In this document: in pieces, positions 1-9,624 of the stretch | How positions within the stretch are numbered: the stretch's first letter is position 1 | Layout: each line of letters opens with the position of its first letter | NCBI GenBank assembly: GCA_963745075.1 | Contig: CAVUWV010000009.1 | Location: forward strand, 1-64,000 | DNA from: Candidatus Hydrogenedentota bacterium | Lineage (GTDB): Bacteria > Hydrogenedentota > Hydrogenedentia > Hydrogenedentales > SLHB01 | DNA length: 64,000 nt | Direction: 5' to 3' | The notes under the pieces: model-generated | What the model was told of the DNA's origin: nothing | Database searches by the model: none | Seen by the model: the letters and a program-made list of their open reading frames with translations, nothing else | Translations under genes and position numbers: made by a program

Positions 1-41
1 GTTTTATGTACCTGTTGCTCGAACTTGCGACTACGTATTGC

Positions 42-490
42 TCAGCTCCTGCAATTGATAGTGTTTTCAAGTTCCTGCCGGACTCTCTCAAATGACCGAA
101 ACTCCTCCATCGCAGAGTATATTACCTTCCTAATTCGTTGTCCGATAGCGAAAGCATCTCTTACTTGCGCATCCTCCGAATAACCAGTTGTCTGTACCTC
201 CTTGACCCTCTTGATATATTGAGCATACGTTGTCTGCAGGTCTGCGAGTTGGTTTCCAACAACGCTACTATCGTCCCGTGTGGCGGACACGCCGTTCACT
301 GGAGCAACCACTTGCGCTTCCCGTTTTCCAATGACGTTTGTATCACGTTCAGATGGGGCTACAACGCGTGATTGCTGAGGCCTTGCCGGTTCTGGTGTAA
401 GAGATCATCAGACTCCGGTGCGATGAAGAGTATAATGCCAATTAACACTACCAATATCCCCAATATCAATCCAAAGCTATGCCACCGCAT
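42..490 (-). pseudogene. Membrane-anchored hypothetical protein, frameshifted near 400-410
   Basis: ATG at 490 follows AGAAAGGA and encodes MRWHSFGLILGILVVLIGIILFIAPESDD (one TM helix). The frame of ORF 42..311 is open up to ~404 (SLTPEPARPQQSRVVAPSERD...), so one indel would join the two parts. Confidence 0.5.
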
Positions 491-541
491 ATCACGTCCT
501 TTCTTCGCACCTTCGAATGCTTCCTTGAAAACAATTCTTCG

Positions 542-1463
542 TCATCCGGTCTTGTGTAAGCATTTAGCGAAGGCGCTCAATGTGCTGAAATCATTCGACT
601 CGACTCCGAAATGGAGTACGGAACAACGGACTGCTTCGTAGAATCTCGATTCGCCACCGTTGCTTGTAAACGCGCATCGCGGACGCACTTCGGCGTGATG
701 GCCCGACGCTGAAGGTCCACGTCCACGCCCCAGAACACGTGGAATAATGCATACACAGTATTTGGAAGTCCCTAATGCGAACTCGCGATGGTATAGGTAC
801 TCCATCATCAGCGACATCGGCTGTAGCTCCGTAGATTAGGACCTGTCGCGTTGCTTGGGTCGTCGCTCCAGGGAAATGCGACAAATCGTTCCAACGGACG
901 GCGCTTCTGACGCCCGCAGAAAGGAATGGGATTGCGCGGTACAGGTCAAAGTGAGTTTCACCCTTCGTCCCGCATTCACAGTGTTTGTTCTCCACCCAGT
1001 ACAAACTGGTCTAGCTGGCTAACAGCCCCGAGTGTTCGATGGCCCCTTGCAGAGGTTCATCGATTAGGCAAAATGGACACACATATGCAGAAACTGGGTT
1101 AAATAGTTAACTTAACATCACTCCTTTTGAACCGACGCTTCGCGTAGCATACAGCATAATAACCACGAATTCCTTCCAAATTCTTCTTTGTTTTGTGCGG
1201 ATGGGAAATATCCTCCACATATCGAAACACACGTTGGCAGTCGGTCTGGAAGAATCGACGTAGCGCCCGGAAAGAAGAAAGTTGACCTCCGACAACGTCC
1301 TTGCATTGGAATCCTGTGGCGTACACACGAAGACGTGATCCGGCCAACAGCAGCACTCCCCACCGCCAAGGCTGTCGGAGATTCCGCCGGAATGGAACGC
1401 ACGAGTGGGCCTCCTCGTTCGGAAGCAAACCATTGGCACACCTCTAAGAAGGATTGAAGCCAT
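542..1463 (-). other. A/T-richer region with short Cys-rich ORF fragments; possible degraded or frameshifted gene
   Basis: ORFs 1107..1463 and 591..1004 are in the same frame, separated by two stops, with CCC, CPFC and CECG motifs. No recognisable family. Confidence 0.25.
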
Positions 1464-1698
1464 TTACTAAATGTTGGACGCTATAAGTTTGTACTCACTC
1501 ACCTCCGGAAAGGCGTCTGTCCTAGACCTGGCCAAATTGTGTACCGAGCGAAAACAGTACACTTACCTAAGTTTTATGTTCCTGATCGCAAGAATCAGAA
1601 CTCCTCAAACTTTGACATCCCCTGCGCCGACTAGAGTATCGGGAAATTCAGGGACAGACTACGAATTAAATTGATTTTGCTGGTTCAAAACGGATAGA

Positions 1699-2481
1699 AT
1701 GGCGCGTATGAGCAGAGTCGCGCGCGTTGTTGTTCCGGGGTATCCGCATCACGTAACCCAGCGGGGGAACCGGCGGGCGGATGTCTTTGAGACGGAGGAC
1801 GATCGCCACGCCTACCTGCGGTTCCTGAAGAAGTACGGGGAGCGGCATGGCCTGGACATCTGGGCGTATTGCCTCATGACCAACCACATTCACCTCGTCG
1901 CGGTGCCGGAACGCGAGGAGTCGCTGGCCCACGCGTTGCGCGATGCACACACCGTTTACGCCATGCGCTTCAACACGCGCACCCAAATGAGCGGCCACGT
2001 GTGGCAAGGGCGCTTCTATTCGTGCGTGCTGGACGAAGCCCATTTGTGGGCGGCGGTCCGGTACGTCGAACGCAATCCCGTCCGCGCGGGAATGGTCGAC
2101 CGGGCCGAAGACCACCCCTGGTCCAGCGCGCGCGCCCATTGCGTGGGACTGCCCCCGTCTTTCGCGCAGTCTTCGGAGTGAAACACGGGGTCTGTCCCTT
2201 CCGAAGCCGGAATCCCTTGCCAAACCCAGCTGGACCCGCTACTATCGAAGGAGTTTCCCCCGCCCGGCGTTATCGAGGACTGGGCGCAATGGCTTCGTGT
2301 GGAGGACGACCCCGATGCCGTCGATCGCATTCGCCGCCAGACCAGTACCGGACGCCCCTGCGGCGGGAGCCGATTCGTGGCCCAACTGGAAAATCTCCTG
2401 GGCCGCCTCCTCCGCCCCGCCAAACGCGGCCGCAAGCCCAAGCGAACCGGTGGAAGCGGCGGGGAAGGGGTTAAAACGTAG
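1699..2481 (+). pseudogene. REP-associated tyrosine transposase (IS200-like Y1_Tnp), interrupted by an in-frame palindromic insert containing TGA at 2179-2181
   Basis: Motifs HHVTQRGNRR, YCLMTNHIHL (HUH), WQGRF, YVERNPVRAG and WSSA. The usual C-terminus (DPLLS...IRRQTSTGRPCG...RPAKRGRKPK) continues in the same frame after the stop. Confidence 0.85.
2145..2198. repeat. REP-like imperfect palindrome inside the transposase gene
   Basis: GGGACTGCCCCCGT ... ACGGGGTCTGTCCC pair at 12 of 14 positions. The right arm read on the minus strand starts GGGACAGAC, as does the core of the left terminal repeat. Confidence 0.75.
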
Positions 2482-2669
2482 TCGTCCCTGAATTTCCCGA
2501 AGTAGACTTGGTTTCCAGGAAAACCGTGCTTAGCCATGAACCCGGCGGTCGCGCAGGTTGAGGAGACTTGGTCTATGCGGTGTTGTATCGTGCCGAAGCC
2601 CCCATCGCGTAACCCGCATCGTGCACCGTTGTCCGTGACGTCACGCCAGTGCGCGTAGAGGAATTCGGA

Positions 2670-4907
2670 TCAAGTGGATTCCTTCGTATCTTCCACGTAC
2701 AACTTCGGGCGCGCCTCGTCAAAGGCCGTAATCCCCGCCTGACATGCCACGGTGATTTGTTTCCAGGTTTGACCTTGTTCGATGTGCTTGCGCAGATCCT
2801 CCGACCCCGCGAGCACGTCGAAACTCCGTTCCCATTGGTATTCGTGTGGATGAATTCGCCGGATGGCTCCAAGCAGGGCTACCGTCAACGAAAACGGCCG
2901 TGCAACCGTGGGGTCCTGGAGTCGCAGCCGCAACCCGTTGCACTCCTCATCCTGATGTCGGGGGGACGACGCCTTCCCCGGCACACTCACCGGCGTGTAC
3001 TTCACCGCCTCGATCGCAAACCCCGATTTAACCTCGTCGTCCAGCGCATCGAGGACCTGTTCGGCATCCAACCACGGGGCGCCCATGATTTCAAAGGGCG
3101 TGTCGGTTCCACGGCCTTCGTTCAGATTCGTCCCTTCAAACAGGCAGGTGCCCGCATAGACGAGCGCCGATTCGGAAGTTGGGATGTTCGGTGACGGCGG
3201 CAACCAGGGGAGGGAACATTCGCGGAAGATTCGTTCCGGAGTCCAGTTGTCCAATGCGCTAACCGAAAGACGGAGTTTGGTCTTGGCCAACACCGTGCGT
3301 TGAAACTGCAACGCGATTTCGCCCATGGTCATGCCGTGCCGCGCAGGCACTGCTCCCCAACAGACCGGCGACGCCGTATTGACGGCAATGGGCCCTTCCA
3401 ACACCGCTCCGCCCGCGGGGTTGGGTCGATCCAGCACCAGTACGGGTACCCCGGCCTCCGCACATGCTTCCAGGCAATTCTTCATCGTGGCCGCGTAGGT
3501 GTAGTAGCGGGCGCCCACGTCCTGCAAATCGATGACAAACCAGTCGATCTTCCGCAGCTCGTCCTGTGACGGCTTCTTGCGACTCCCAAAGAGACTGATT
3601 ACGGGGGTGCCGCCGTCCTCCGAGGCGACCGCTTCGCCGGCCTCGGCCTGACCGCGAATCCCGTGTTCCGGGCTGTACAGCAGTTCGAGGCGAACGTCGG
3701 GCGCCAACGCGAACACATCGATGATATGCCGGTTCAGTTCGTCCACGGCGGCGTGATGGGTGAGCAGTGCAACACGCCGGCCCCGCAAATCGCCGAAATC
3801 CTCGCGCATCAACCGGTCCAGGCCGCTGTGCGTGTTCGTGGAGGATGGGTAGAGCACTTTGCAGACCCCGGTATAGAATGTCCGGCGGAAATCGGGATTG
3901 TTGCGGACGCTGCGGGTGGGGTGACAGGTGTTGCCCAACTGGATGGCGAAGGCGCCGGATTCGCGATCCATCCAGAGACTCGTGCCGGTCCAGCCCGAGT
4001 GGCCCATCGACGTGCGCGCGGTCAGAAATCCGCTGTTCTTGGTGGACCACCCGTCCAATTGCCAACCGAGTCCCTGCCACGGCCACGCCGGAATCTGCGG
4101 CATCCGCGTCATCCCGGCAATCGTCTCGTTCTTGAGCACTTTTCCGGCAAGGTACGCGCGCGCAAAGGTCGCCAAATCGGCGGCGGTGCCGAACAATCCG
4201 GCGTGCCCGGCCACGCCCCCTACCGCGTACGAGTTTTCATCGTGGACCTCGCCCTTCATGACCTTTCCGCGCCAGGGACAGTCCTCGGTTGCGGCGCAAC
4301 GGGCGGCCTTTTTCGCATCGGGTCGAAATCCTGTGTCCGTCATGTTCAGTGGTTCGAAGATGCGTTTCCGGCAGAAGGAATCCAGCGAGTCGGCCGCGAC
4401 GAGTTCTACGATACGGCCAAGAATCATAAATCCCACGTCCGAATACAACCACCGCGTGCCGGGTGTCCATTTTAGGGGGAGGTCGGCGTAGCGTTGGAGC
4501 ATTTCGTCGATCGTGCTCGAATCCTCGTAATACGGAAGCCCGGGGACGAGCCCCGCGCTGTGTGTCAGGCAATGACGTACCGTGATGGGTTCAAACGCGG
4601 GAATCGGCAGGTACCGGGTCACCGGCTGGTCGAGCTGGATTTCGCCCGCCTCGTACAGCAGCATGAGTGCGGTTGTCGTGGCGACGACCTTGGTGAGCGA
4701 CGCGAGATCGTAGATGGTGTCCTTCGTTGCGGGCTGGGGATCGGGAACGACTTGCCGTAGGCCAATCGCCTCGTACAGGTACGTATTTTCACGATCCCCG
4801 ACGTATGCGACCGCACCCGGACTTTTGGAAACGCGGACGGATTCGGAAAGCGCGTGGTACAAGGCGGCAGTTTTGTCGGTAGTTATGGCCGAACTGGCGG
4901 GGGGCAT
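2670..4907 (-). CDS. Fusion of a beta-lactamase-family serine hydrolase (AmiE-like) and exo-beta-N-acetylmuramidase NamZ (DUF1343)
   Basis: N-half has DLASLTK (SxxK), YSD, VHDEN, GHAGLF and HSGWTG. C-half has SPEHGIRG, DLQDVGARYYTY, DRPNP, RHGMTMGE, PSPNIP and EGRGTDTPF. Confidence 0.85.
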   Translation of the reverse strand: MPPASSAITTDKTAALYHALSESVRVSKSPGAVAYVGDRENTYLYEAIGLRQVVPDPQPATKDTIYDLASLTKVVATTTALMLLYEAGEIQLDQPVTRYLPIPAFEPITVRHCLTHSAGLVPGLPYYEDSSTIDEMLQRYADLPLKWTPGTRWLYSDVGFMILGRIVELVAADSLDSFCRKRIFEPLNMTDTGFRPDAKKAARCAATEDCPWRGKVMKGEVHDENSYAVGGVAGHAGLFGTAADLATFARAYLAGKVLKNETIAGMTRMPQIPAWPWQGLGWQLDGWSTKNSGFLTARTSMGHSGWTGTSLWMDRESGAFAIQLGNTCHPTRSVRNNPDFRRTFYTGVCKVLYPSSTNTHSGLDRLMREDFGDLRGRRVALLTHHAAVDELNRHIIDVFALAPDVRLELLYSPEHGIRGQAEAGEAVASEDGGTPVISLFGSRKKPSQDELRKIDWFVIDLQDVGARYYTYAATMKNCLEACAEAGVPVLVLDRPNPAGGAVLEGPIAVNTASPVCWGAVPARHGMTMGEIALQFQRTVLAKTKLRLSVSALDNWTPERIFRECSLPWLPPSPNIPTSESALVYAGTCLFEGTNLNEGRGTDTPFEIMGAPWLDAEQVLDALDDEVKSGFAIEAVKYTPVSVPGKASSPRHQDEECNGLRLRLQDPTVARPFSLTVALLGAIRRIHPHEYQWERSFDVLAGSEDLRKHIEQGQTWKQITVACQAGITAFDEARPKLYVEDTKEST

Positions 4908-5039
4908 TCTAGTTCCTTCTGAAATCGAGCCTTACGAAGCAATTGCTGGACATTAGCGCCGGTCTCGGTGGATGTCACCGCGTGCAACTCCCATCCACTA
5001 TAGTCGCTATGGCTTCGTCAGGTCCAAAAGTTCCGCGGT

Positions 5040-6194
5040 TCATTGCGCGAGATGGAGTTTGCTCTCCAGGAGTTTGCGGCAGGCTTCCCCGATACGTTTG
5101 TCGGCTTCCTTTGTGAAATGGCCGTCGCCGATGAAGTTGGCGGGGTTATTGGGATCGGCGTACTCGTGTGAACTGATATAGGGAATATCGTTGTTTTCCA
5201 GTACGGGCCGCAGCAAGGTAAAGAGATGATCGCTGTATCCCCGGTCGTTGACTAAATATACGACGGGAATGATCCCGTCTTCCTTACAGGTTTTCGCGAA
5301 TTGCGCGACCATCATGTTCAGTGCCGGCACGAACGGCGCGTTCGGATTGAATCCGTTCTGGTCGTGGATGCTGGCGATAATCTGGAGATTGCGCCGTTGT
5401 GCCCACGCACGCCGCAACATCCGCACGATCGCGGAATGGTCCAGCGGCGTTTTCGTGAACAACAGGGGACTGTAATATACGTCGTGTGCGGCGAGTTGCT
5501 CCTTGAAGGCGTTCCATGCGGGCGGATTCTTCATCGCGTCGCGCAGTTCCTGCAACGATAGAATGTCGGGCCAGACCGCCTGCAACGCGCCGTCCGCCAC
5601 CGAGTACCGCGGATACGTAAACGGGAACGGCTGTTCGAAGTTCCACGTCATCCCCGTGAGGGTCATCATCCCACGCAGGCTTGACGCCATAACGCTGAAG
5701 ATAGCCACTTTCCCTTCGTGGTGGCCCCGATCCATTTCGTACGCGGCGTACGCGAAGTTCGGCGGTGCCGCCGGCCCCCCGATAAACCGCATGGTGAACC
5801 GGTCGTCATCCGCACAGACCGCATCCCCGAGGTCGGCGGCGAACGACATGCCGTAGATAGCGAGGAGTATGCCGTCTTTGTTCTCAGGTTTGGTGGGTTG
5901 CACCTCCCAATCCGGGGGGTGGAGCCATCCGGCGAACGCCACCGGCGCGGTTTGCGCATCCGTTGCCCCCACGATACGCGGAAGCTTTCCTTCCACGGAA
6001 CGCCCATATTCAAAGTACCGCGTCAGCGCCGAGGGGACCACGTGCGGGTCCTGGGGGTAGGGGAACAAGAAGTTGACCCCGGCGTCCATGATGGCGAGGA
6101 ACAACAGCATCCAGGCGCAGGCCCGGACGCCGTCCCGCAGGTACCAGGGCCGCGACGGATTAGAATTGGAAATAGATGAATTGGGACGGTGCAT
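5040..6194 (-). CDS. Membrane-anchored SGNH-like protein (AlgJ/PatB-type partner of the MBOAT)
   Basis: N-terminal TM helix, YGMSF (GxS-like block) and C-terminal GDGHF (DxH-like). Overlaps the end of the MBOAT gene. Confidence 0.6.
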   Translation of the reverse strand: MHRPNSSISNSNPSRPWYLRDGVRACAWMLLFLAIMDAGVNFLFPYPQDPHVVPSALTRYFEYGRSVEGKLPRIVGATDAQTAPVAFAGWLHPPDWEVQPTKPENKDGILLAIYGMSFAADLGDAVCADDDRFTMRFIGGPAAPPNFAYAAYEMDRGHHEGKVAIFSVMASSLRGMMTLTGMTWNFEQPFPFTYPRYSVADGALQAVWPDILSLQELRDAMKNPPAWNAFKEQLAAHDVYYSPLLFTKTPLDHSAIVRMLRRAWAQRRNLQIIASIHDQNGFNPNAPFVPALNMMVAQFAKTCKEDGIIPVVYLVNDRGYSDHLFTLLRPVLENNDIPYISSHEYADPNNPANFIGDGHFTKEADKRIGEACRKLLESKLHLAQ

Positions 6195-7575
6195 TGCTGG
6201 TTCCCATCAAAAAGATAAATAGGAGTGCCGCATACAAGAATCCGCGCGCGGGAGTGTGCCAACGGCGATAGAACTGCGGCGTGCCCTTCCAATATTCAAA
6301 CGTATCGAGTACGGCTAACAGCGGGATTCCGAGCAACGTCGCGAACGGTGGCATCGGAATCGACGTGGCCAGGTTTCCGAAGTCGGTAATCAACGTTGCG
6401 CTGTACGTCCAGATTTGCGCGAAGGAGTGGGCCCGAAACAGCAGCCAGCCATAGCACGTGATTTGAAAGAACACGAAGACCTTGACCGCCCAAAGCGCCA
6501 GCGAGCCGATACTGTTCATAGGCCGGTTCGGCTTGGAGAAAGGGCGGTGAATGCACAAAATCCCACCCTGGAAGATGCCCCACAGCACAAAGTTCCATGC
6601 CGCGCCGTGCCACAGTCCGCCCAGCACCATGGTGGTCATCAGGTTGCGATACGTCTTACGCGTGCCATGATGATTGCCGCCCAGCGGGATATAGAGGTAG
6701 TCGCGGAGCCACGTCGACAGACTGATGTGCCAACGGCGCCAGAATTCGCTGGGATTGGTGGCGAAATAGGGCAACCGGAAGTTGGTCATGATATCGAACC
6801 CGAGCACCTTTGCCGTCCCGCGTGCGATGTCGCTGTACCCGGAAAAGTCCCCATAGATTTGCAGCGCGAACAGGTACGTGGCGAGCACGATGTCCGCCCA
6901 GGTGACCGTGCCTCGCGCGTTGTAGATGACGTCCACAGAATGAGCGACGCCGTCGGCGATCACGACCTTCTTGAACAGTCCAAAGGCGATGAGGAACAGG
7001 CCCCGCGTGGTCTGATCCCACGTAATCCGGCGTTCCGCCAACACTTGGGGCAGGAGATGGCTGGCGCGTTCGATGGGTCCCGCGACCAACTGTGGGAAGA
7101 ACGAGACGAACAAGGCAAAATCGAGAAACCGGTTCGTCGGTTCCAGTTTCCGGTTGTACACGTCGATGGTGTAGCTGAGCGTCTGGAACGTGTAAAAGGA
7201 GATGCCGACCGGAAGCACGATGGACAGCGTCGTCCAACTGACCGAAAGACCGAACCAGCCCAGAAGGTCCGCAAAAGACTCGGCGAAGAAGTTGAAGTAT
7301 TTGAAGGCACCGAGCATGCCGAGATTCGCAACGAGCGACATCAGCAGCAGACGCCGCCGCGCTCCGGTGTTCTCCGTGCGGTGTAGCCGAAGTCCCACGA
7401 AATAGTCGACCAGGGTCGAGATGAGCATGAGGCTGAGGAACCGCCAGTCCCAGGCCCCGTAGAAGATGTAGCTCGCCACCAGCAACATGCGGTTTTGCCA
7501 CCGGTGGGAGAGCACGCGGTACAGGGCGTACACAATGCACAGGAACACGGCGTATTGAATACTCGCAAAACTCAC
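6160..7575 (-). CDS. MBOAT family O-acyltransferase (AlgI/PatA-like)
   Basis: LPVGISFYTFQTLSY, FFPQLVAGPIER, QIYGDFSGYSDIA, FWRRWHISLSTWLRDYLYIPLGG and GLWHGAAWNF. Confidence 0.93.
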   Translation of the reverse strand: MSFASIQYAVFLCIVYALYRVLSHRWQNRMLLVASYIFYGAWDWRFLSLMLISTLVDYFVGLRLHRTENTGARRRLLLMSLVANLGMLGAFKYFNFFAESFADLLGWFGLSVSWTTLSIVLPVGISFYTFQTLSYTIDVYNRKLEPTNRFLDFALFVSFFPQLVAGPIERASHLLPQVLAERRITWDQTTRGLFLIAFGLFKKVVIADGVAHSVDVIYNARGTVTWADIVLATYLFALQIYGDFSGYSDIARGTAKVLGFDIMTNFRLPYFATNPSEFWRRWHISLSTWLRDYLYIPLGGNHHGTRKTYRNLMTTMVLGGLWHGAAWNFVLWGIFQGGILCIHRPFSKPNRPMNSIGSLALWAVKVFVFFQITCYGWLLFRAHSFAQIWTYSATLITDFGNLATSIPMPPFATLLGIPLLAVLDTFEYWKGTPQFYRRWHTPARGFLYAALLFIFLMGTSNAPSQFIYFQF

Positions 7576-8450
7576 GGGAGTGCGCTCCTGTATGCCTCGG
7601 GAACGGGAATTTCGGCACCAGTGGCCGCGTCCACCCAGGCCACTTCAGCAAGGGCCCTGGCGACCAGCGCGCCATCGTGCAAGCGCATCATCTGGAAATA
7701 TCGCGTGGCAGACGCGCCCCTTGCGCCGGACCGATCTGACGGATCGTCAAGCCAGGTGGTGATTTCCAGGTCGTCTCCCAGTAGTGCCGGGATCTTGTAC
7801 TCGATCCGATGGCGGCGCACCTGGATGGAGAATCCATGTTCCCGCATCCGGGCGGGGGACCAGCCCATCGCCATCGACGCCTCGACGGCCGCATCTTCCG
7901 CGTACGCGAGGTAGACGGAATTGTTTACGTGCTGCGCGGGATCGATATCCCGCCATTCCACCCGTCGCCGTTGCCGGAATACGCCGTGCGCCGGCGGTTC
8001 GGCCTGGGGAAACCGTTCACGGGGCGGGGGCTCCGGCGGCGGTCCGTCCGGAAAGAAGCCGGTTTTGAACTCTTCGGGGATGCGGGTGGGCTTTCCGCGG
8101 GCCGCGTCGAGATAGACCCATTCCGTACCCGCGCGCGCGACCAGGTCTTCTGAACCGGCCAATCGCAACTCATACGCTCGGCGAGACACCGCGTGCCGAA
8201 AGTTTTCCACCCACGTCGTAATCTGAACGGAATCTCCGTAGCGCAGCGGGCGCACGTACTCGATATCCGTTTCGCGCACGAGCCATATTGTGCCTTGATT
8301 CGCGTACCAGGCGCCGTCATAGCCAACGGATGCCGACGCATCCATGGCCGTTTCCTGCACGTAACGCAGGTAATTCGTGTAATAGACGTTCTCGTACGCG
8401 TCGCATTCGTAATGACGAACCCGAAACGTGCGGTCAACTCGTACCGTCAT
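7572..8450 (-). CDS. Tandem hotdog-fold acyl-CoA thioesterase (YbgC/4HBT-like)
   Basis: Two repeats: VRHYECDAYENVYYTNYLRY and VEWRDIDPAQHVNNSVYLAY. Confidence 0.85.
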   Translation of the reverse strand: MTVRVDRTFRVRHYECDAYENVYYTNYLRYVQETAMDASASVGYDGAWYANQGTIWLVRETDIEYVRPLRYGDSVQITTWVENFRHAVSRRAYELRLAGSEDLVARAGTEWVYLDAARGKPTRIPEEFKTGFFPDGPPPEPPPRERFPQAEPPAHGVFRQRRRVEWRDIDPAQHVNNSVYLAYAEDAAVEASMAMGWSPARMREHGFSIQVRRHRIEYKIPALLGDDLEITTWLDDPSDRSGARGASATRYFQMMRLHDGALVARALAEVAWVDAATGAEIPVPEAYRSALP

Positions 8451-8463
8451 GCCTTCCGCCTTC

Positions 8464-9624
8464 TCATGAAAACGCGCGAATCCCGGTCAATTCCTGCCCC
8501 AATACCAGCGAATGGATGTGCTCCGTGCCCTCATACGTGATCACGGTCTCCAGGTCCACCATGCGCCGGCCGACATGGCTCTCCGTCAAGATGCCTTGTG
8601 CGCCAAGCAACTCCCGACAGGTGCGCGCGATTTCGAGCGCTTTCCGGCAGTTGTTCATTTTGGCCAATGACACGTGGGCGGGCTGCATGGCATCGCGTGC
8701 CTTCAATTCGCCCAACCGCTTCGCGATCAACGTCATCCCCGTGAGTTCAGCCGCCATCCACGCGAGTTTGTTTTGAATGAGCTGGTGACTGGCCAATGGC
8801 TTGCCGCCAAATTGGGTTCGCTGCTTCAGGTATTCCAAGGTTTCTTCCAGGCACGCCTGCGCGGCGCCTACCACGCCCCAGGCAATGCTGTAACGCGCCT
8901 GATTCAAACAATCCATCGCCCGTCCCAACGACGTGGCCCCGGGCAGAAGGGCCGATTCTGGCACTTCCACCCCATGCAACTCCAGTTCGGCGCTGGCACT
9001 CGACCGGAAACTCCACTTCTCAACGATGGGTCGAACTTCGAGATTTGGGCGATCCGTCTCCACCAAAAAGCCGCAAATGGCGTCGTCAACCTTGGCCCAG
9101 ACCACGGCGACTTGCGCGAGGGTGCCGTTCGTTACCCAGCGTTTATGGCCGGTGATCCGATAGCCGCCCGGTAACCGCTCCGCGAAGGTTTCCATCGATG
9201 CCGGGTTGCTTCCCGAGCCCGGTTCGGTCAGGGCGAAACACCCCACGGCCTCGAAGGTACTCAGCGGCGTCAGCCACTGCGCGCGTTGTTCGTCGCTCCC
9301 GAAGCGTTGAATGGGATGCATCACCAAACCGCTCTGTACGCTGAGCAGACTGCGAACCGGGGAACCGCCCCGTTCCAGTTCGCGCATCACCAGACCGAAC
9401 GCGGTCGGGTCGAGTTCCCCCGCCAGATACTGCGTTAAGATACCGAGCTTCCCAATGGGCGCGATCAATTCGCGCGGAAATACTTCGAGGTAGTGGCATT
9501 CCACCATGCGCGGAAGAACTTCCGCGTCGACAAAGGAGCGGACCCGTTGCGCCACTTCGCGTTGCGCGTCCGTCCACTCGACATCCAGATCGTACAGATC
9601 GATATTCTTGGTTCGGGTACTCAT
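8464..9624 (-). CDS. Acyl-CoA dehydrogenase (glutaryl-CoA dehydrogenase-like)
   Basis: GCFALTEPGSGS, GHKRWVTNG, ARYSIAWG, RTQFG and TYEGTEHIH. GGAGA precedes the ATG at 9624. Confidence 0.9.
   Translation of the reverse strand: MSTRTKNIDLYDLDVEWTDAQREVAQRVRSFVDAEVLPRMVECHYLEVFPRELIAPIGKLGILTQYLAGELDPTAFGLVMRELERGGSPVRSLLSVQSGLVMHPIQRFGSDEQRAQWLTPLSTFEAVGCFALTEPGSGSNPASMETFAERLPGGYRITGHKRWVTNGTLAQVAVVWAKVDDAICGFLVETDRPNLEVRPIVEKWSFRSSASAELELHGVEVPESALLPGATSLGRAMDCLNQARYSIAWGVVGAAQACLEETLEYLKQRTQFGGKPLASHQLIQNKLAWMAAELTGMTLIAKRLGELKARDAMQPAHVSLAKMNNCRKALEIARTCRELLGAQGILTESHVGRRMVDLETVITYEGTEHIHSLVLGQELTGIRAFS

Larger units (their letters stand above)
1639..2500 (+). mobile_element. RAYT-type (Y1 HUH transposase) element with terminal inverted repeats
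   Basis: TCGGGAAATTCAGGGACAGACTACG (1639-1663) and CGTAGTCGTCCCTGAATTTCCCGA (2477-2500) are inverted repeats differing by one indel, and enclose the transposase. Confidence 0.8.

Noticed and set aside
300..1470. Integron attC cassette array in the A/T-richer stretch
   Set aside because: No paired RYYYAAC/GTTRRRY ends with an internal palindrome, and no integrase.
2179..2181. Selenocysteine or programmed readthrough at the transposase TGA
   Set aside because: The TGA lies inside the inserted palindrome, not at a conserved Cys position. A point mutation or sequencing error is simpler.
3800..4907. Beta-lactam resistance gene
   Set aside because: The SxxK domain is fused to NamZ and has AmiE/esterase-type motifs, so peptidoglycan recycling is more likely.
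6415..7675. Long overlapping ORFs 6415..7386 (+) and 6656..7675 (-)
   Set aside because: Shadow ORFs of the MBOAT gene, expected in high-GC DNA; no motifs.
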